This document shows positions 36,600-50,594 of a DNA stretch of 64,000 nucleotides, one piece after another. Source of the stretch: Chiloscyllium plagiosum (Eukaryota); contig NC_057760.1 of NCBI RefSeq assembly GCF_004010195.1, positions 4,392,522-4,456,521 on the forward strand, read 5' to 3'. The notes under the pieces are model-generated. The model had not been told where the DNA came from and made no database searches. It saw nothing but the letters and a program-made list of their open reading frames with translations. Position numbers and translations under genes: made by a program. Each line of letters opens with the position of its first letter. The stretch's first letter is position 1.

Positions 36600-37800
36600 A
36601 TAAAAGATACAAGTGATTAGAAGGATAAAAGTTAGGAAGTCGGCCCTACTCTACTGGACATGATTGAGATAACATCTTTAATACTATGTAGTGTTTTGGT
36701 CTCCAAACTTATTAAGGAATACACTTGTACCAGACACAGTTCAGAGAAGGTTCACTTGACTAATTCCTGGAATGAAAGGATTGTCTTATGAGGAAAGATT
36801 GAATAGGTTGTGTTCAGACTCATTGGAGTTTAGAAGAATGAGAGATGATCTTATTAAAACATAATTGGTTCCAAGAAGGTTTGACAGGGTGGATGTTGTG
36901 AAGATGTAACTTCCTGCTGGAGAGTCTAGAACAAGGGTACAGTTTAAAAATAAGAAGGGGATGAAGAGATATTTCTTCATAATATCAGAAGAGTTCTCAG
37001 TATTTGGAATTCCCTTCCCCAGGGAGCAGTGGAGGCTGGGTCATTGAATATGTTCAAGGCTGAGTTGGACAGTTGTATGATTGACAAGAGAGTCAAGGGC
37101 TATGTGAACAGAAAGGAATATGAAGGCCACAATCAGATTAGCCAACTGAATGCAAGAACAGACTCAAGGGGCTGAATGTGTGGATCTAGAGTCAAGTGTG
37201 GGTCACACTGGTTAAGGATAACTGATCCTACTTTAAAGGACATTAATGAACCAGATGGGTGTTTACAAAAATCCAAAGGTCTGTGGTCATCATTTTCTGA
37301 AATTGGCCTTTTTAACCAAAGGTCATGTGATACACTGAATTAAAAGTCCTCAATTGCCTGTTGGGTGAATTCATGATTCTGGGACTGGAGGGTTTGAGCT
37401 ATAGGGAGGGGCAGAATAGGCTGGGGCTATTTTCCCTGGAGCGTCAGAGGCTGAGGGGTGACCTTATAGAAGTTTATAAAATCAGGAGGGGCATGGATAA
37501 GATAAATAGACAAGGTCTTTTCCCTCGGGTGTGGAAGTCCAGAACTAAAGGGCATAGATTTAGGGTGAGAGGGAAAAGATATAAAAAGAACCTGAAGGGC
37601 AACTTTTTCTCACAGAGGATGGTGCGTGTATGGAATGAGTGCCAGAGGAAGTGGTGGAGGCTGGTACAATCACAACACTTAAAAGGCATCTGGATGGGTA
37701 TATGAATAGGAAGGGTTTAGAGGGATATGGGCCACATGTTGGCAAATGGGACTCGATTATTTTAGGATATCTGGTCAGTGTGGACGAGTTGGACTGAGGT
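36600..37800 (+). mobile_element. Two CR1 3' fragments (~36600-37180, ~37375-37800)
   Basis: LGLFSLERQRLRGDLIEVYK peptide and related decayed sequence. Confidence 0.85.
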
Positions 37801-37826
37801 TGGGAGTGATGATTGAGGATTCATAC

Positions 37827-38096
37827 CTGAGTTAGCCAGAGCCATGGCTTTCAGTGTCACAAACTCTTCCTTGTCAAGCTGAAGCTTACGGTATTTTGTG
37901 ATCAGTTGGAGGATTGTGCAATATAGGTCAAGTAATCCAACCACTCGACACTGTTCCCGCTCAAGGACTAAATTATCAGCATAAACCAATCCTTCTTCAT
38001 AGGGCAGTGAGCGGAACACAAGCCCCAGGATCAGGACCTCCATCCAGGCACTCTGCAGGAGACCCATCTGATCTCCCAACGAAAGGGCGGAGAAAC
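37827..38096 (-). CDS. esrrd: ERR exon: LBD helices 4-8
   Basis: cccag|GT ... TCA G|gtatga, 270 nt. Encodes [25 protein letters not shown]...[14 protein letters not shown]. Confidence 0.9.
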
Positions 38097-40399
38097 CTGG
38101 GTAGAATCGAGACAAATTGAGATCAGTGAACATTTTTGCAAGCTGCCACTTCAGGAAGTGTCACATTGAGTGGTGTCCCCTCAGGATTGGGTGTCCTGTC
38201 CTGGGCTGCCCATTCTGCCAATCAACATCGTGCTGGCAGCTTGTCCCTTCCTGCTGGGACTGTGCTCTCCTGGAGCTGTCTGAACCTGATCCGCTCCCAT
38301 ATTCCAGGAAGCAGGCCAGATCTTCCAACCTGGTAATTGATGGGAAGAAATGAGGATGGGCAGTGGAGGAAGAGGTAAATGTGGAAGGAGGGAAAAGCAG
38401 GGACTGAGGGAGAATAGAACAGATGCTGTTTGACATGGATGGGGGATACTGGGGTGCAAAAGGTGCAGGGGTTGGGAGAAAGAGTCATAGTGAGGATAAA
38501 GGGAGAGAAGGATAAGTTTTGGGGGAGGGTGCATGGGGTGGTGAAGGGACCCTGGGAGGAGAAGGGAGTGAAAGCATGGAGGGAGGGGTAGTGTTGGAAA
38601 GTGGGTGAGCAACGGGATGTGGAGCGGGTGAGAAAGGGCTCTAAAATCTGATGTATGACCTTTTGAAAACGAATGTTAATTTAAAGCGTGGGTACAAAAT
38701 CTCTCAAGATGACACACCCTTGTTTACCAAGAACACAAAAAGTACTGAGTATCAAAATATAGACTCAGCATTTTTAAGGTGTGCAAAAATAAGAAATCTT
38801 CCTGAAGCATTAAACACTGGCATCTGCATTCAGATCAAACTGACCTCCAGATGACAGTTTTCATTTCAGCTCCATCACTGGACTTACACATGGCTGGGGA
38901 GTCCAGTGAGGATACCGGTGATGCAGATCACCCTCAGTATTAACGTTTACTGATTACTATCTGCACAACATCTCTGTATCTGGTCCCAAGTGAATCTTAT
39001 TTTCATTTTATTAGCTGATTAATACAAAACAGGGTTTAGAAAACATTAATTAACAGATAGTAATCAGGAAATCAGTAGAAAGGAGATCAGAAATGGACAG
39101 TGACAGACAGTAAGGTCCTTCACAAGCATCAACATTTCTGCCTTAAAAGTTTTAAAGTGAGGTGCATGCTCACACTCACACTTATACAGACAGTCACACA
39201 CTGTCACAGATACACTGTCACGCACATACACACTCACAAACACACAGTCACACTCAGTTACACACATTCATACTCTGACTGCCACACACACATCACAGTT
39301 AGGCTCACACTTATTGGCATACTCTCAGACAGTTGTGCATAAGAACCATCAGAACGAGGAGCAGGAGGAGGCCACCCAGCCCCTCTCGCCTGCTCTGCAT
39401 TCAATACAATTACACTTGATCTCATCTCAACCTCAATTCCACTCCCTCCTCCAGTAAGGGGGCCAAAATTGTACACAATACTGTACTCCAGATGTGGTCT
39501 CACTAAAGGCATATACACTTCATTACTTTTGCTCACTACCCCTTTAATAAAAATGCCAAATATCCATTCGCCTTCTTTCTAACCTGCCATAGGTACATAT
39601 TAATTTTCTGTGATTCATGCACAAGGACACCCAGATCCCTCCGTATCGAAGCACTCTGAAGTTTCTCTCAAATAAGTTGCCTATATTTTTAACCAAAACT
39701 TCATATTTATCCACATTAAACTTCATCAGCTCCAACAGAAGAATCAATCCCTGCTAAACAGCTTTCAAGTTTACACAATTCATTCATTTCCCAATTAGTG
39801 GGTCACTTTCAGATTTAATTAGTTCTTTCAGGCAATTGAAAAACAATTTACACTTAGCCAATTATTATTTGTGTTATTATTTATGTGTTGAAGCTAAAGT
39901 TAGGTTGGGTTTGGAGGGGTAGAATACATTTTGGAAAGTGAACCACATGGAGTGAAGGATATGGGGTGGGGATTTGAGGACCATAGGAGCAGAAATTAGG
40001 CCATTCAACCCATCGAGTCTACTTTGCTCTGCCATTCAATGATGCCTGATAAGTTTTTCAACCCCATTCTCCCGCCTTCTCCCCATAACCTTTGATCCCC
40101 TTAACAATCAAGAACCTACCTATCTCTGTCTTACTGAATGATCTGCCTTCTGGGGCCTTCAGTGGCAATGAATTCCATAGATTCACCATTCTCTGGCTGA
40201 AGAAGTTTCTTCTCATTTCCATTCAAAAGGACCAATTAGATAGCCCCTCATCCTTCTAAACTCCATTGAGTATAGACCCAGAACCCTCAAATATTCCTCA
40301 TATGTTAAGCTTTTCATGCCTGGAATAATTCTCGTAAATCTCCTCTGGCCCCACTCCAGTGCTAGTACATCCTTTCGGAGATAGGAGGAGAGGAGATAT

Positions 40400-41625
40400 A
40401 GGGAATGGGGCTGACAATGGGGTAGGACCCTCAATAGCAGGGAGGCAAGTACAAGGCTGGAAGGAGATATAGTAAACAGAAATAGTAAAGTGAAGAGACA
40501 GGTCAGGCTGGAACATGACAGGGAGTGAGGAATGCTTGTTGGATTAAATTGCATGTATTTCAATGAAAGAAAGCTGACAGGCAAGGCCACTGAACTCAGA
40601 GTGTGGACAGACACTTGGGACAGAGATATTGTAGCCATTACAGAAACATGACTAAGGGAGGGACAGGACTGACAGATTAATATACCAGGGCACAGGTGCT
40701 TTAGGTGGGATAAAGGTGCTGGAAGGAGGGGAGGGGGAGTTACATTTTTGATTAAGGTGAGTATCACAGCAGTGATCAGAGATTAAATAACTGAAGAATC
40801 ATCCAGTGAGGCTTTGTGGGTGGAGCTAAGAAATAAGAAGGGGGTGGTGACGCTATTGGGGTTGTACTATAGGCCCCCAAATAGTCAACAGGAATTAGAG
40901 GAACAAATATGCAGGGAGACTGGGAAGACTTGCAGGAGTGATAGGGTTGTCATAGTAGAGGATTTTAATTTTCCTAACATAGACTGGGACTGCCAGAGCG
41001 TTAAGGGCTTAGATGGGGTGGAATTTGTTAAATGCGTTCAGGAAAGTTTCCTCAAGCAGTATACAGAGGGTCCTACTCGGGAATGGACAAAACTCGGCCT
41101 GCTCTTGGGAAATAGGGCAGGAGAGGTGACAGTGAGGGAAGACTTTGGTACCAGTGATCATATTTCTTTTAGTGTGTAGGAGACTGAGAGGGGATCTTAT
41201 AGAAGTGTATAATATCATGAGAGGCATGGATAGGTTGAATGCACTTAGTCTTTTTTCCAGGGTTGGGGGAAATCAAGGACTAGAGGGCATCATAGAATCA
41301 TAGAGATGTACAGAAACAGATGCTTCAGTCCAGCTCAGATGCCTTTTAAACATTGTAATTACAGTTTAAGGTTGGAGGTGAAAGGGGAAAGAATAAAAGG
41401 GAACCTGAAGAGCAATGTTTTTTAAAAGGGTGGTACGCATATGGAATGAGCTGTCTGCAGAAGTGGTTGAGGCGGCTACATTAATAACATTTAAAAGGCA
41501 TTTGGACAAATAGATGGATAGGAAAGGGTTAGAAGGACATGGGCTAATTGCAGGGAAATGAGGCTAGCACAGATCAACATTTTGGTCGGCATGGACCAGT
41601 TTGGGCCAAAGGGCCTGTCTCCGAG
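40400..41625 (+). mobile_element. CR1 endonuclease fragment plus 3' end
   Basis: WVELRNKKG...LYYRPPNS...DFNFPNIDW peptide. Confidence 0.9.
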
Positions 41626-41644
41626 GTGTGGAACTCCATGACAA

Positions 41645-42770
41645 TGAATCAATAGACAATAGGTGCAGGAGTAGGCCATTCTGCCCTTCAAGCCTGCACC
41701 ACCATTCAATATGATCATGGCTGATCATCCTTAATCAGTATCCTGTTCCTGCCTTATCTCCATAACCCTTGATTCCACAATCCTTGAGAGCTCTATCCAA
41801 CTCTTTCTTAAATGAATCCAGAGACTGGGCCTCCACTACCCTCTGGGGCAGAGTATTCCACATAGCCACCACTCTCTGGGTGAATACGTTTCTCCTCATC
41901 TCTGTCCTAAATGGTCTACACCGTATTTTTAGGCTGTGTCCTCTGGTTCGGCACTCACCCATCAGCGGAAACATGTTTCCTGCCTCCAGAGTGTCCAATC
42001 CTTTAATAATCTTATATGTCTCAATCAGATCCCCTCTCAGTCTTCTAAACTCAAGAGTATACAAGGCCAGTCGCTCCAGTCTTTCAGTGTAAGGTAATCC
42101 CGCCATTCTAGGAATTGACCTCATGAATCTACGCTGCACTCCCTCAATAGCCAGAATGTCTTTCCTCAAATTTGGAGACCAGAACTGCACACACTACTCC
42201 AGGCGTGGTCTCACCAGGGCCCTGTACAGCTGCAGAAGAACGTCTTTGCTTCTATACTCAATCCCTCTTGTTATGAAGGCCAGCGTGCTATTAGCCTTCT
42301 TCACTACCTGCATGCTTACCTTCATTGACTGGTGTACAAGAACACCCAGACCTTTACCTAAATTGATTCCATTTAGGTAGTAATCTGCCTTCCTGTTCTT
42401 GCCACCAAAGTGGTATACCATACATTTATCCACATTAAACTGCATCTGCCATGCATCTGACCACTCACCTAACTTGTCCAGGTCACCCTGTAATCTCCTA
42501 ACATCCTCATCACATTTCACCCTGCCACCCAACTTAGTATCATCAGCAAATTTGCTAATGTTATTACTAATACCATCTTCTATATCATTAACATATATTG
42601 TAAAAAGCTGCGGTCCCAGTACTGATCCCTGCGGTATCCCACTGGTCACTGCCTGCATTCTGAAATGGAGCCATTTATCACTACTCTTTGTTTCCTATCA
42701 GCCAACCAACTTCCAATCCAAGTTAGTACTTTGCCCCCAATACCATGCGCCCTAATTTTGCTCACTAAGG
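41645..42770 (-). mobile_element. Young CR1 RT 3' part
   Basis: VTSGIPQGSVLGP...ISKFADDTKLGG in long open frames, with a full 3' UTR. Confidence 0.95.
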
Positions 42771-43499
42771 AAATGAGGAGCAGGTAAGACTGGTGGTGTT
42801 GAATAAACATACAATAGGGAACAAAAGTAGGCCACTTGGCTCTGAATCTGTTCCACCAACTGATAAAATCAAAGCTAATCTGAGTTGAACCTCAGTTCTA
42901 CATTCCTGTGTGTCCCTGATATTCTTTCATCCCCTCAGTCATCAAGAATCTATTGACCTCTGCCTTGATCTGCAATTACCGCCTTTTGAGGAAGGGAATT
43001 CCAAAGATCTTCAACTTTCTGAGAAATAAAACATTTGTTTTAAATGAGTGCCCCCTGATTTCTTACTCCTTGCCAAGGCTCCTCAGAATTATATATGTTT
43101 CAATTAAGTCACCTCTGACTGTTCTCCATGCCAGAGGATACACATCCAGCTTTTCTAGCCTTTCCTCATAGAGCAACCCAGTCAATCCAGGGATTAGTCC
43201 AGTAAACCTCTGAATTGTTGAACTTTAAATGGTTTGGTGAAGGAGTGAAAGATTGAGTAGGAAGTCACAAGATGTTGGTGCTTGGTGATCTTTACAAGAC
43301 ACTTTTGGATGAATGGGGTTCAGGTTCAGCTCTGACTCTATCACACTAACACTAACATTCAGAACTTGTGGGATCTTTTCTGAGGTCACAGAAAGTAGTC
43401 AATATTTGCAAAGATTAATTTAGAGTCAGCACTTTCAAGAACAGTAGGAATTTTTTGTGTAGAAGCAGGAAAGAAAAATTAGAAATGAAAATGTAAAGA

Positions 43500-45770
43500 A
43501 TGCTCAATATTAAAGTCATCATCAGGCGGAATTGTAATCCAGCACAATCTGCAATCTCATAGCTCAACATCTCCCAAACCCAACCAATGTCATCAGCCAG
43601 GGGGACCAACCCTGTTTCAGTGGACAGTTAGGAGGGCATGCCAGGAGCAGCACCAGACATATCGAAACATAAGGCATCAACCTGGTGAAGCTAGCACACA
43701 GGACTACTTATGTGCCAAACAGGATAAACAGCAAGTGATAGACAGAGCTAAGCGATCCCACAACCAATGGATCTGACCTAAGCTCTGCAGTCCTGCCACA
43801 TCCAGACACAAATGTTGGTGAATAACTTAACCACTTACTGGAAGAAGAGGCTCCACAAATATCCCCAACCTCAATGATGGCAGATATGTGGTGCTGGAAA
43901 AGCACAGCAGGTCACGCAGCATCTGAGGAGCAGAAAAATCAACATTTTGGACCAGAATCCTTCATCCAGCCCAAAATATCGATTTTCCTGCTCTTCGGAT
44001 GCTGCTTGACCTGCTGTGCTTTTCTAGCACCACGCTCTCAAAACTGATCTCCAGCATCTGTAGACCTTACTGTCTCCTCAATGATGGGGGAGCCCAGCAC
44101 ATCAGTGCAAAAGATAAGGCTGAAGCTTTCATAATATGCTTAAACCAGACGTGCCGAATGGATGATCTCTCTCAGCCTCCTCCAGTATGCCACAGCATTA
44201 CAGTTACTAATCTTCAGTCCTCGTGATATCAGGAAACGGTTGGAGACTGAATACTGTAAAGGTTATGAGTCCTGACAACATCTAGCAATAGTAATAAAGA
44301 TTTGTGCTCCTGAACTTGCTGCACCCCTACCCAAGCTGTTCCTGTATGATTGCAACACTGGCATCCCCCGACAATGTGGAAAATTGCCCAGTTATGACCT
44401 GTACACAAAAAGTCAGGAAAAATCCAACCTGGCCAATTAATGCCTCATCAGTTCTGCCAGTGAGATTCAGCTTCTGATCTCATTATACAGGTTGGTTCAA
44501 ACATGGACAAAAGAGCTGAATTTCAGAGGCAGGGAGAGAGTTACAACCCTTGACATCAAGGCTTTATTTGACTGAGTGTGTTATCAAGGAGCCATAGCAA
44601 AACTGGAGTCGATGGGTATCGGGGAGAAATCTCCCTGCTGAATGGAGTCATAGGAAGATGGTTGTGGTTGCTGGAGATCAGTCATCTCAGCTCCAGGACA
44701 TCTCTGCAGGAGTTCCTCAGGGGAGTGTCCTAGGCCCAACCATCTTTAGCTGCTTCATCAATGATCTTCCCTCCATCATAAGGTCAGAAGTAGGGATGTT
44801 CGCTGATGATTGCACAATGTTCAGCGCTTTTGGCAACTCCTCAGAGCCCATCTCCAAAGGGAGCAAGATTTGGACAATATCCAGGTTTGTGCAGGCAAGT
44901 AACATTTGTGCCACATAAATGTCAGACAACGATTACCTCCAACAAAAGAGAATCTAGTCATTGCTCCTTTACATTCAATGATATTACCATCACTAAATTG
45001 CCCACAGTCAACATTCTGGGGAATATAATTGACCAAAATTGGACTAGCCATATCAGTACAGTGGCTACAAGAACAAGCCACAGTGTACAAATCCTGCAGC
45101 AAGAACCTCACCACCTGACTCCTCATAAGGCACAAGTCAGGAGTAGGTCAGAAGTCACACGACACCAGATTGTAGTCCAACAGGTTTATTTGAAATCACA
45201 AACTTTCTAAGCAATGCCCCTTCATTCACCCCAGTCCAACACTAGCACCTCCACACCAAGTCAGGAGTGTGAAGGAATACTCCTCATTTGCCTGGATGAG
45301 TGCAACTTAAACAGCACTCAAGAAGTTAGACATCATTCAGGACAAAGCAACCCACTTGATTGCCATCACATCAACAAATATCTATTCCGTCCACTGCCGA
45401 CACTCGATAGCAGCAGTGTGTACCATCTATAAGATGCACTGCAGAAATTTACCAAGGCTCCTCAGACAGCACCTTTCCAAACCCACAACTACCATCCAAA
45501 AGGGCAAGGGCAGCAGATACATGGGAACGCTACTGCTGGCAAGTACCCCTACAAGCCACTCACCATCGTGACTTGGAAACATATCACTGTTCCTTTAGTA
45601 TTGTTGGTTCAAAATCCTGGAGTTCTCTCCCGGCAGCATTTTGGTCATTGTTGGCAGCAGAGTATTGAAAGAGGCAGCTCATCACTGCCTTTTTAAGGGC
45701 AATGAGGAATGGGCAATAAATGCTGCGCCCAGCCCATTAGGCCCACATCCCATGAATGAATAGAAAAAGT
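43500..45770 (+). mobile_element. L2/CR1-clade LINE (disrupted) with two nested Penelope pieces (43881-44075, ~45145-45255)
   Basis: AGVPQGSVLGPTIFSCFINDLP...MFADD. TSDs CCTCAATGATGG and CAAGTCAGGAGT flank the nested pieces. Confidence 0.9.
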
Positions 45771-46261
45771 GATTGATTTGAATGTCAGTAAGATGAATGG
45801 CCTCGTGCTGCTCCTATTTTCTATACTCTTATGAATAAAAAACCAGATTGTACCAGTTCTGGTTTCTATGCCCTAATAGCCCAAGGGTTTGAATTGATTC
45901 CCAACATTTCTTCAATATTTGTGCAGTGAGTGGAAAAACATTCTTCTGATGCAAGTACTTTTTACATGAACTGGGAGGCTCACTTATTATACTTCACAGT
46001 CTAGCTTGGCTGATTCCATCACACAAACATGTGAAACTCAAACACACTCACACATAAACACTTTCACACACATTAACAATGCTAATGCACACACTAAAGT
46101 AAACTTATACTCAAACAACACAGCCCCTGACACACACTCAGAGAAACATACTAAGAAACATACATATAAATCACATAAACAAACAGAAATGACATGCATG
46201 CGCACTGAAACACACTAACATACACATTCATTCAACATGATTCAAACTTGCTCACATTGGC

Positions 46262-46563
46262 ATTGTGGCTCAGTGGTTAGCACTGCTGCCTCACAACACC
46301 AGGGACCCAAGCTCGATTCCAGCCTTGGGCGACTGTCTGTGTGGGGTTTGCACATTCCCCCCCCAACCTCCCCGTGTCTGAGTGGGTTTCCTCTGGGTGC
46401 TCCGGTTTCCTCCCACAGTCCAAAGATGTACAGATTAGGGTGCATTGGCCGTGGGAAATGCAGGGAAAGGGTATGAGGGTAGGTCTGGGTGGGATGATCT
46501 ACAGACATTTGGTGTGGACTCAATGGGAGAAATGGCCTGCTTCCACACTGTAGGGATTCTATG
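46262..46563 (+). mobile_element. HE1-type V-SINE
   Basis: Same head, V-domain and tail as the other copies. Confidence 0.88.
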
Positions 46564-46644
46564 TATATAAAAAGCATACACAAATGGAAGGTTCTTGATG
46601 ACACTATGTTGACCCCAAAGTGTCTATTCGTGGATTATTGGTAC

Positions 46645-46806
46645 CTGGGACATGTTTAGCCCAATTAATGATGACAACCAGTTCTCTGTCCACAAGGTCA
46701 CAGAGTGTTGTGAGGACTTTGACATCATTCTCAGGAGCAGTTGGGTCAGCCATAGCGTAGATCTTGTCTGGTTCCACCAATAGCAGATGGGAAACAATTT
46801 TATTCC
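46645..46806 (-). CDS. esrrd: ERR exon: LBD helices 1-3
   Basis: tctag|GG ... CCA G|gtacca, 162 nt. Encodes [18 protein letters not shown]...[23 protein letters not shown]. Confidence 0.9.
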
Positions 46807-46875
46807 CTAGAAGAAAAATTAAAGATTTTAATTGATGACCTATCGCCCAATGTCTTGATTGACGGGTCTTTATTA

Positions 46876-49225
46876 GAACATAGAACATAGAAAAGTACAG
46901 CACAGAACAGGCCCTTTGGCCCACGAAGTTGTGCCAAGGATTATTCCTGATCTAAAATAAAATAACCTAACCTACGCACCCCTCAATTCACTGCTGTCCA
47001 TGTGATTGTCCAGCAGTCACTTAAATGTCCCTATTGACTCTGCTTCCACCACTACAGCTGGCAACACATTCCATGCATTCACAACTCCCTGCATAAAGGA
47101 CCTGCCTCTGGCGTCTCCTCTATACCTTCCTCCTAATATTTTCAAATATGACCCCTTGTGCCAGTCAATCCTGCCCTGGAGAAAAGTATCTTGCTAGTGA
47201 CTCTATCCATGCCTCTCATTACCTTGATCAGGTCACCTCTCTTCCTCCTTCTCTCCAGAGAGAAAAGTCCGAGCTTAGTCAACCTCTCTTCGTAAGACAA
47301 GTCTTCCAGTCCAGGCAGCATCCAGGTAAACCTTCTTTGCACCCTCTCCAAAGCCTCGTATCTCTCCTGTAATAGGGTGACCGAACTGGACAAAATATTC
47401 CAATTGTGGTCTCATCAGGATCTTGTAGAGCTGCAGCAAGACCTCACAGCTCTTAACTCGATCCTCCTGTTAATGAAAGCCAAAACACAATATGCTTTCT
47501 TAACAACCCTATCCACTTGGATCGTAACTTTGAGGGATCTATGCACTTGAAAACCAAGATTCCTCTGTTCCTCCTATATTCAGCATTCAAGTTTGACCCC
47601 CCAAAATGCATCACTTCACATTTATCCAGGTTGAACTCCATCTGCCATTTCTCAGCCCAGCTCTGCATCCTGTCTATGTCGCGCTGCAGCCTGCGATAGC
47701 CCTCAATACTATCAACGGCACCTCCAACTTTTGTGTCATCGACAAATTTACTCACCCACCCCTCAACCTCTTCATCCAAATCATTTATAAAAACGATAAA
47801 GAACAGAGGCCCAAGAACAGGGCCCTGCGGGACACCACTCACCACTGACCTCCAGGCAGAATACTTTCCATCTACAACCACACTCTGCCTCTGTCAGCCA
47901 ACAAATTGTGAATCCAGATAGACAAATCTCCCTGTATCCCATATCTCCTGACTTTATGAATAAGCCTGCCATGGGGAACCTTATCAAATGTCTTGCTGAC
48001 GTCCATATACACCACATCCACTGCTCGACCTTCGTCAACCTGTCTCGTCACCTCCTCAAAGAATTCGATAAGATTTGTGAGGCATGACCTGCCCCTCACA
48101 AAGCCATGCTGACTGCCTTTAATCACACTATGCTTTACCAAATAGTCATAAATCCTGTCCCTCTGAATTCTTTCCAAAACCTTGCTGACCACCGACATAA
48201 GACTGACTGGTCTGTAATTCTTGAAAAGAGGAACAACATTCACCTCCCTCCAATCCTCCGGTACGACTCCCGTTGAGAGTGAGGAAGCAAAGATCTTCAC
48301 CAGCTTAGCAACCTCCTTTCTCACTTCACAGAGCAACCTAGGATAAATCTGGCCTGGCCCTGGGAACTTATCAATCTTAATGTTTGCCAAAATTTCCAGC
48401 ACATCAACTTCATCAATCTTGACCTGCTCAAGCCTGTCTCCCAGCTCCTCAAAGTTCTCTTTCACAACAAGGTTCCTTTCCTTCCTCGGATGCTGCCTGA
48501 ACTGCTGTGCTTTTCCAGCATTACTCTAATCTAAACTCTGGTTTCCAGCATCAACAGTCATTGTTTTGATCTTTCCTTGGTGAAAACCAAAGAAAAAATC
48601 TCATTTAGGGATTCCCCTATCTGTTCTGACTCCCGCACAAGTTCCCTACGCTATCCCTGACTGGCCCTACCTTCTCCCTGATCAATCTCTTATTCCTCAC
48701 ATATGAGTAAAATGCCTTTGGGTTCTTCCTAATTCTTCCTGCCAAGCCTTTTTCATGCCCCCTCCTGGCTCTCCTCAGTCCATTTCTGAGTCTCTTTCTA
48801 GCAAGCCTGTAATCCTCTAAAGCTGTGCTAGATCCTTGCTACCTCCACCTTACGGAAGCTGCCTTCTTCCTTTTGACGAGAAGCTCCTCTGTTCTTGTCA
48901 TCCAAGGTTCCTTAATCTTACCCCTTCTTACCTGTCTCAGAGGAATAAGTTTGTGCATCACTCACAACAACTGCTCCTTAAACAGTCTCCACATGTCTGC
49001 TGTGCCCTGTCTGTGGAACAATTGCTCCCAGTCTGTACTTCCCAACTCCTGTCTGATAGTGTCATAATTTCCTTTTCCCCAATTAAATATCTTCCCTTGG
49101 TAACTGCTCCTTTCCCTCTCCAAGGCTATGGTAAATGTGAGGCAGTTGAGGTCACTGTTACCAAAGTGTTCTCCCACCATGAGATCTGATACCTGTCCTG
49201 GCTCATTGTCGAGCACCAAATCCAG
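46876..49225 (-). mobile_element. CR1 LINE ORF2 (disrupted)
   Basis: SQHGFVRGRSCLTNLIEFFEEV, DKVPH, VSKFVDDTKV motifs; (TTCTATG)n tail. Confidence 0.95.
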
Positions 49226-49624
49226 TCATCCAGTCCAGTCAGCAACACACAAAGGCTCAGTCTATGGGAGAAGAGACTTACTGCCCCTTGACCCTTGCAA
49301 CTTTCTGACTCTCATTACCTTCTGACCACACATCATTCTATCTCCACTTTCTCCTCGGGTGAACTCTTTTCCAAGATACATTTTTAAGCACCTTTTTGAA
49401 TTTCTTGTGAACTTCTGGAGCTGAGAGAATAATTGATTCCTTCAGGGAAGTATTCAATAAAAATGAAGCTGAGGAGGATGCAATGTCATGAGGGTCAAGC
49501 AGTGCAATGGGATTCGCTTTCAACATTCCATTAAAGAACCATCCCAGAGATGATGGGTTGAAAGACCTCCTCCTGTGCAATCGGTCTGTGTATTCCAAGT
49601 AAAGATGCAGTTAAACTCCTCATT

Positions 49625-49940
49625 GGCAGCACAAGTGGCACAGTGGTTAGCTCTGCTGCCTCACAGCGCCAGAGACCCGGGTTCAATTCCCGCCTCAGGC
49701 AACTGTCTGTGTGGAGTTTGCACATTCTCCCCGTGTCTGTGTGGGTTTCCTCCAGGTACCCTGATTTCCTCTCACAATCCAAAGATGTGCAGGTTAGGTG
49801 AATTGGCCATGCTAAATTGCCCACAGTGTCAGGTGAAGGGGTAAATTTAGGGCAATGGGTCTGGGTGGGTTGCTCTTCGGAGGGTCGGTTTGGACTTGTT
49901 GGGCCGAAGGGCCTGTTTTCACACTCTACGGAATCTATTC
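49625..49940 (+). mobile_element. HE1-type V-SINE
   Basis: GGCAGCACAAGTGGCACAGTGGTTAGC head, V-domain and tail. Confidence 0.9.
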
Positions 49941-50118
49941 ATTTAAATCACACATTTGTACTCCAGTCAGATTTCATCTTGGTTAAGGGGGGAATGCAGG
50001 ATGCTGGCAACAATGTGGTACCAACAGCAACAGCTTCCACAAACCTGCATTCACAGTTTAATTGCAACTCCTTTGATGGAAGCAGGAATTATCTGAGGAT
50101 CCAGCACTGGACATGTAC

Positions 50119-50229
50119 CTGATTTTTTGCTTGACTGACAACATTGAGAGTTGAGATATCCAACAGTCGACTCCTCAAAGCAACGCCTGTACTTCTGTCG
50201 CCCCCCCCTCACACGGTCGAGCCGTACAC
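50119..50229 (-). CDS. esrrd: ERR exon: C-terminal extension / hinge
   Basis: ctcag|GT ... TCA G|gtacat, 111 nt. Encodes GVRLDRVRGGRQKYRR (conserved T/A-box). Confidence 0.9.
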
Positions 50230-50594
50230 CTGAGGGCAAGAAAGCAACAGTGACAGCAGCCAAACCATGTACAGCAAGATCCCATCAACTGGAAAGTGAG
50301 CCAAATAAGCAGTTCATCTATTGTTGCTAGTCTCAGCAATTCCAATTATTTTGACACAGAAACGTGGACAACAACCCTGTCCTTCTGATAGTTAGTCACG
50401 ATGTAGAGGTGCTGGCATTGGACTGGGTTGGACCAGTTCAGAAGTCACATGACACCAGGTTATATTCCAACAGATTCATTTGAAATCACAAGCTTTCGGT
50501 GCACTGCCTCATTGTCAGGTGAATATTAGTATCAAAGGACATTTTAATCCAATGAAGAAGGAGCTAAGCCCATAATTTAACACTTCATCCCTCA

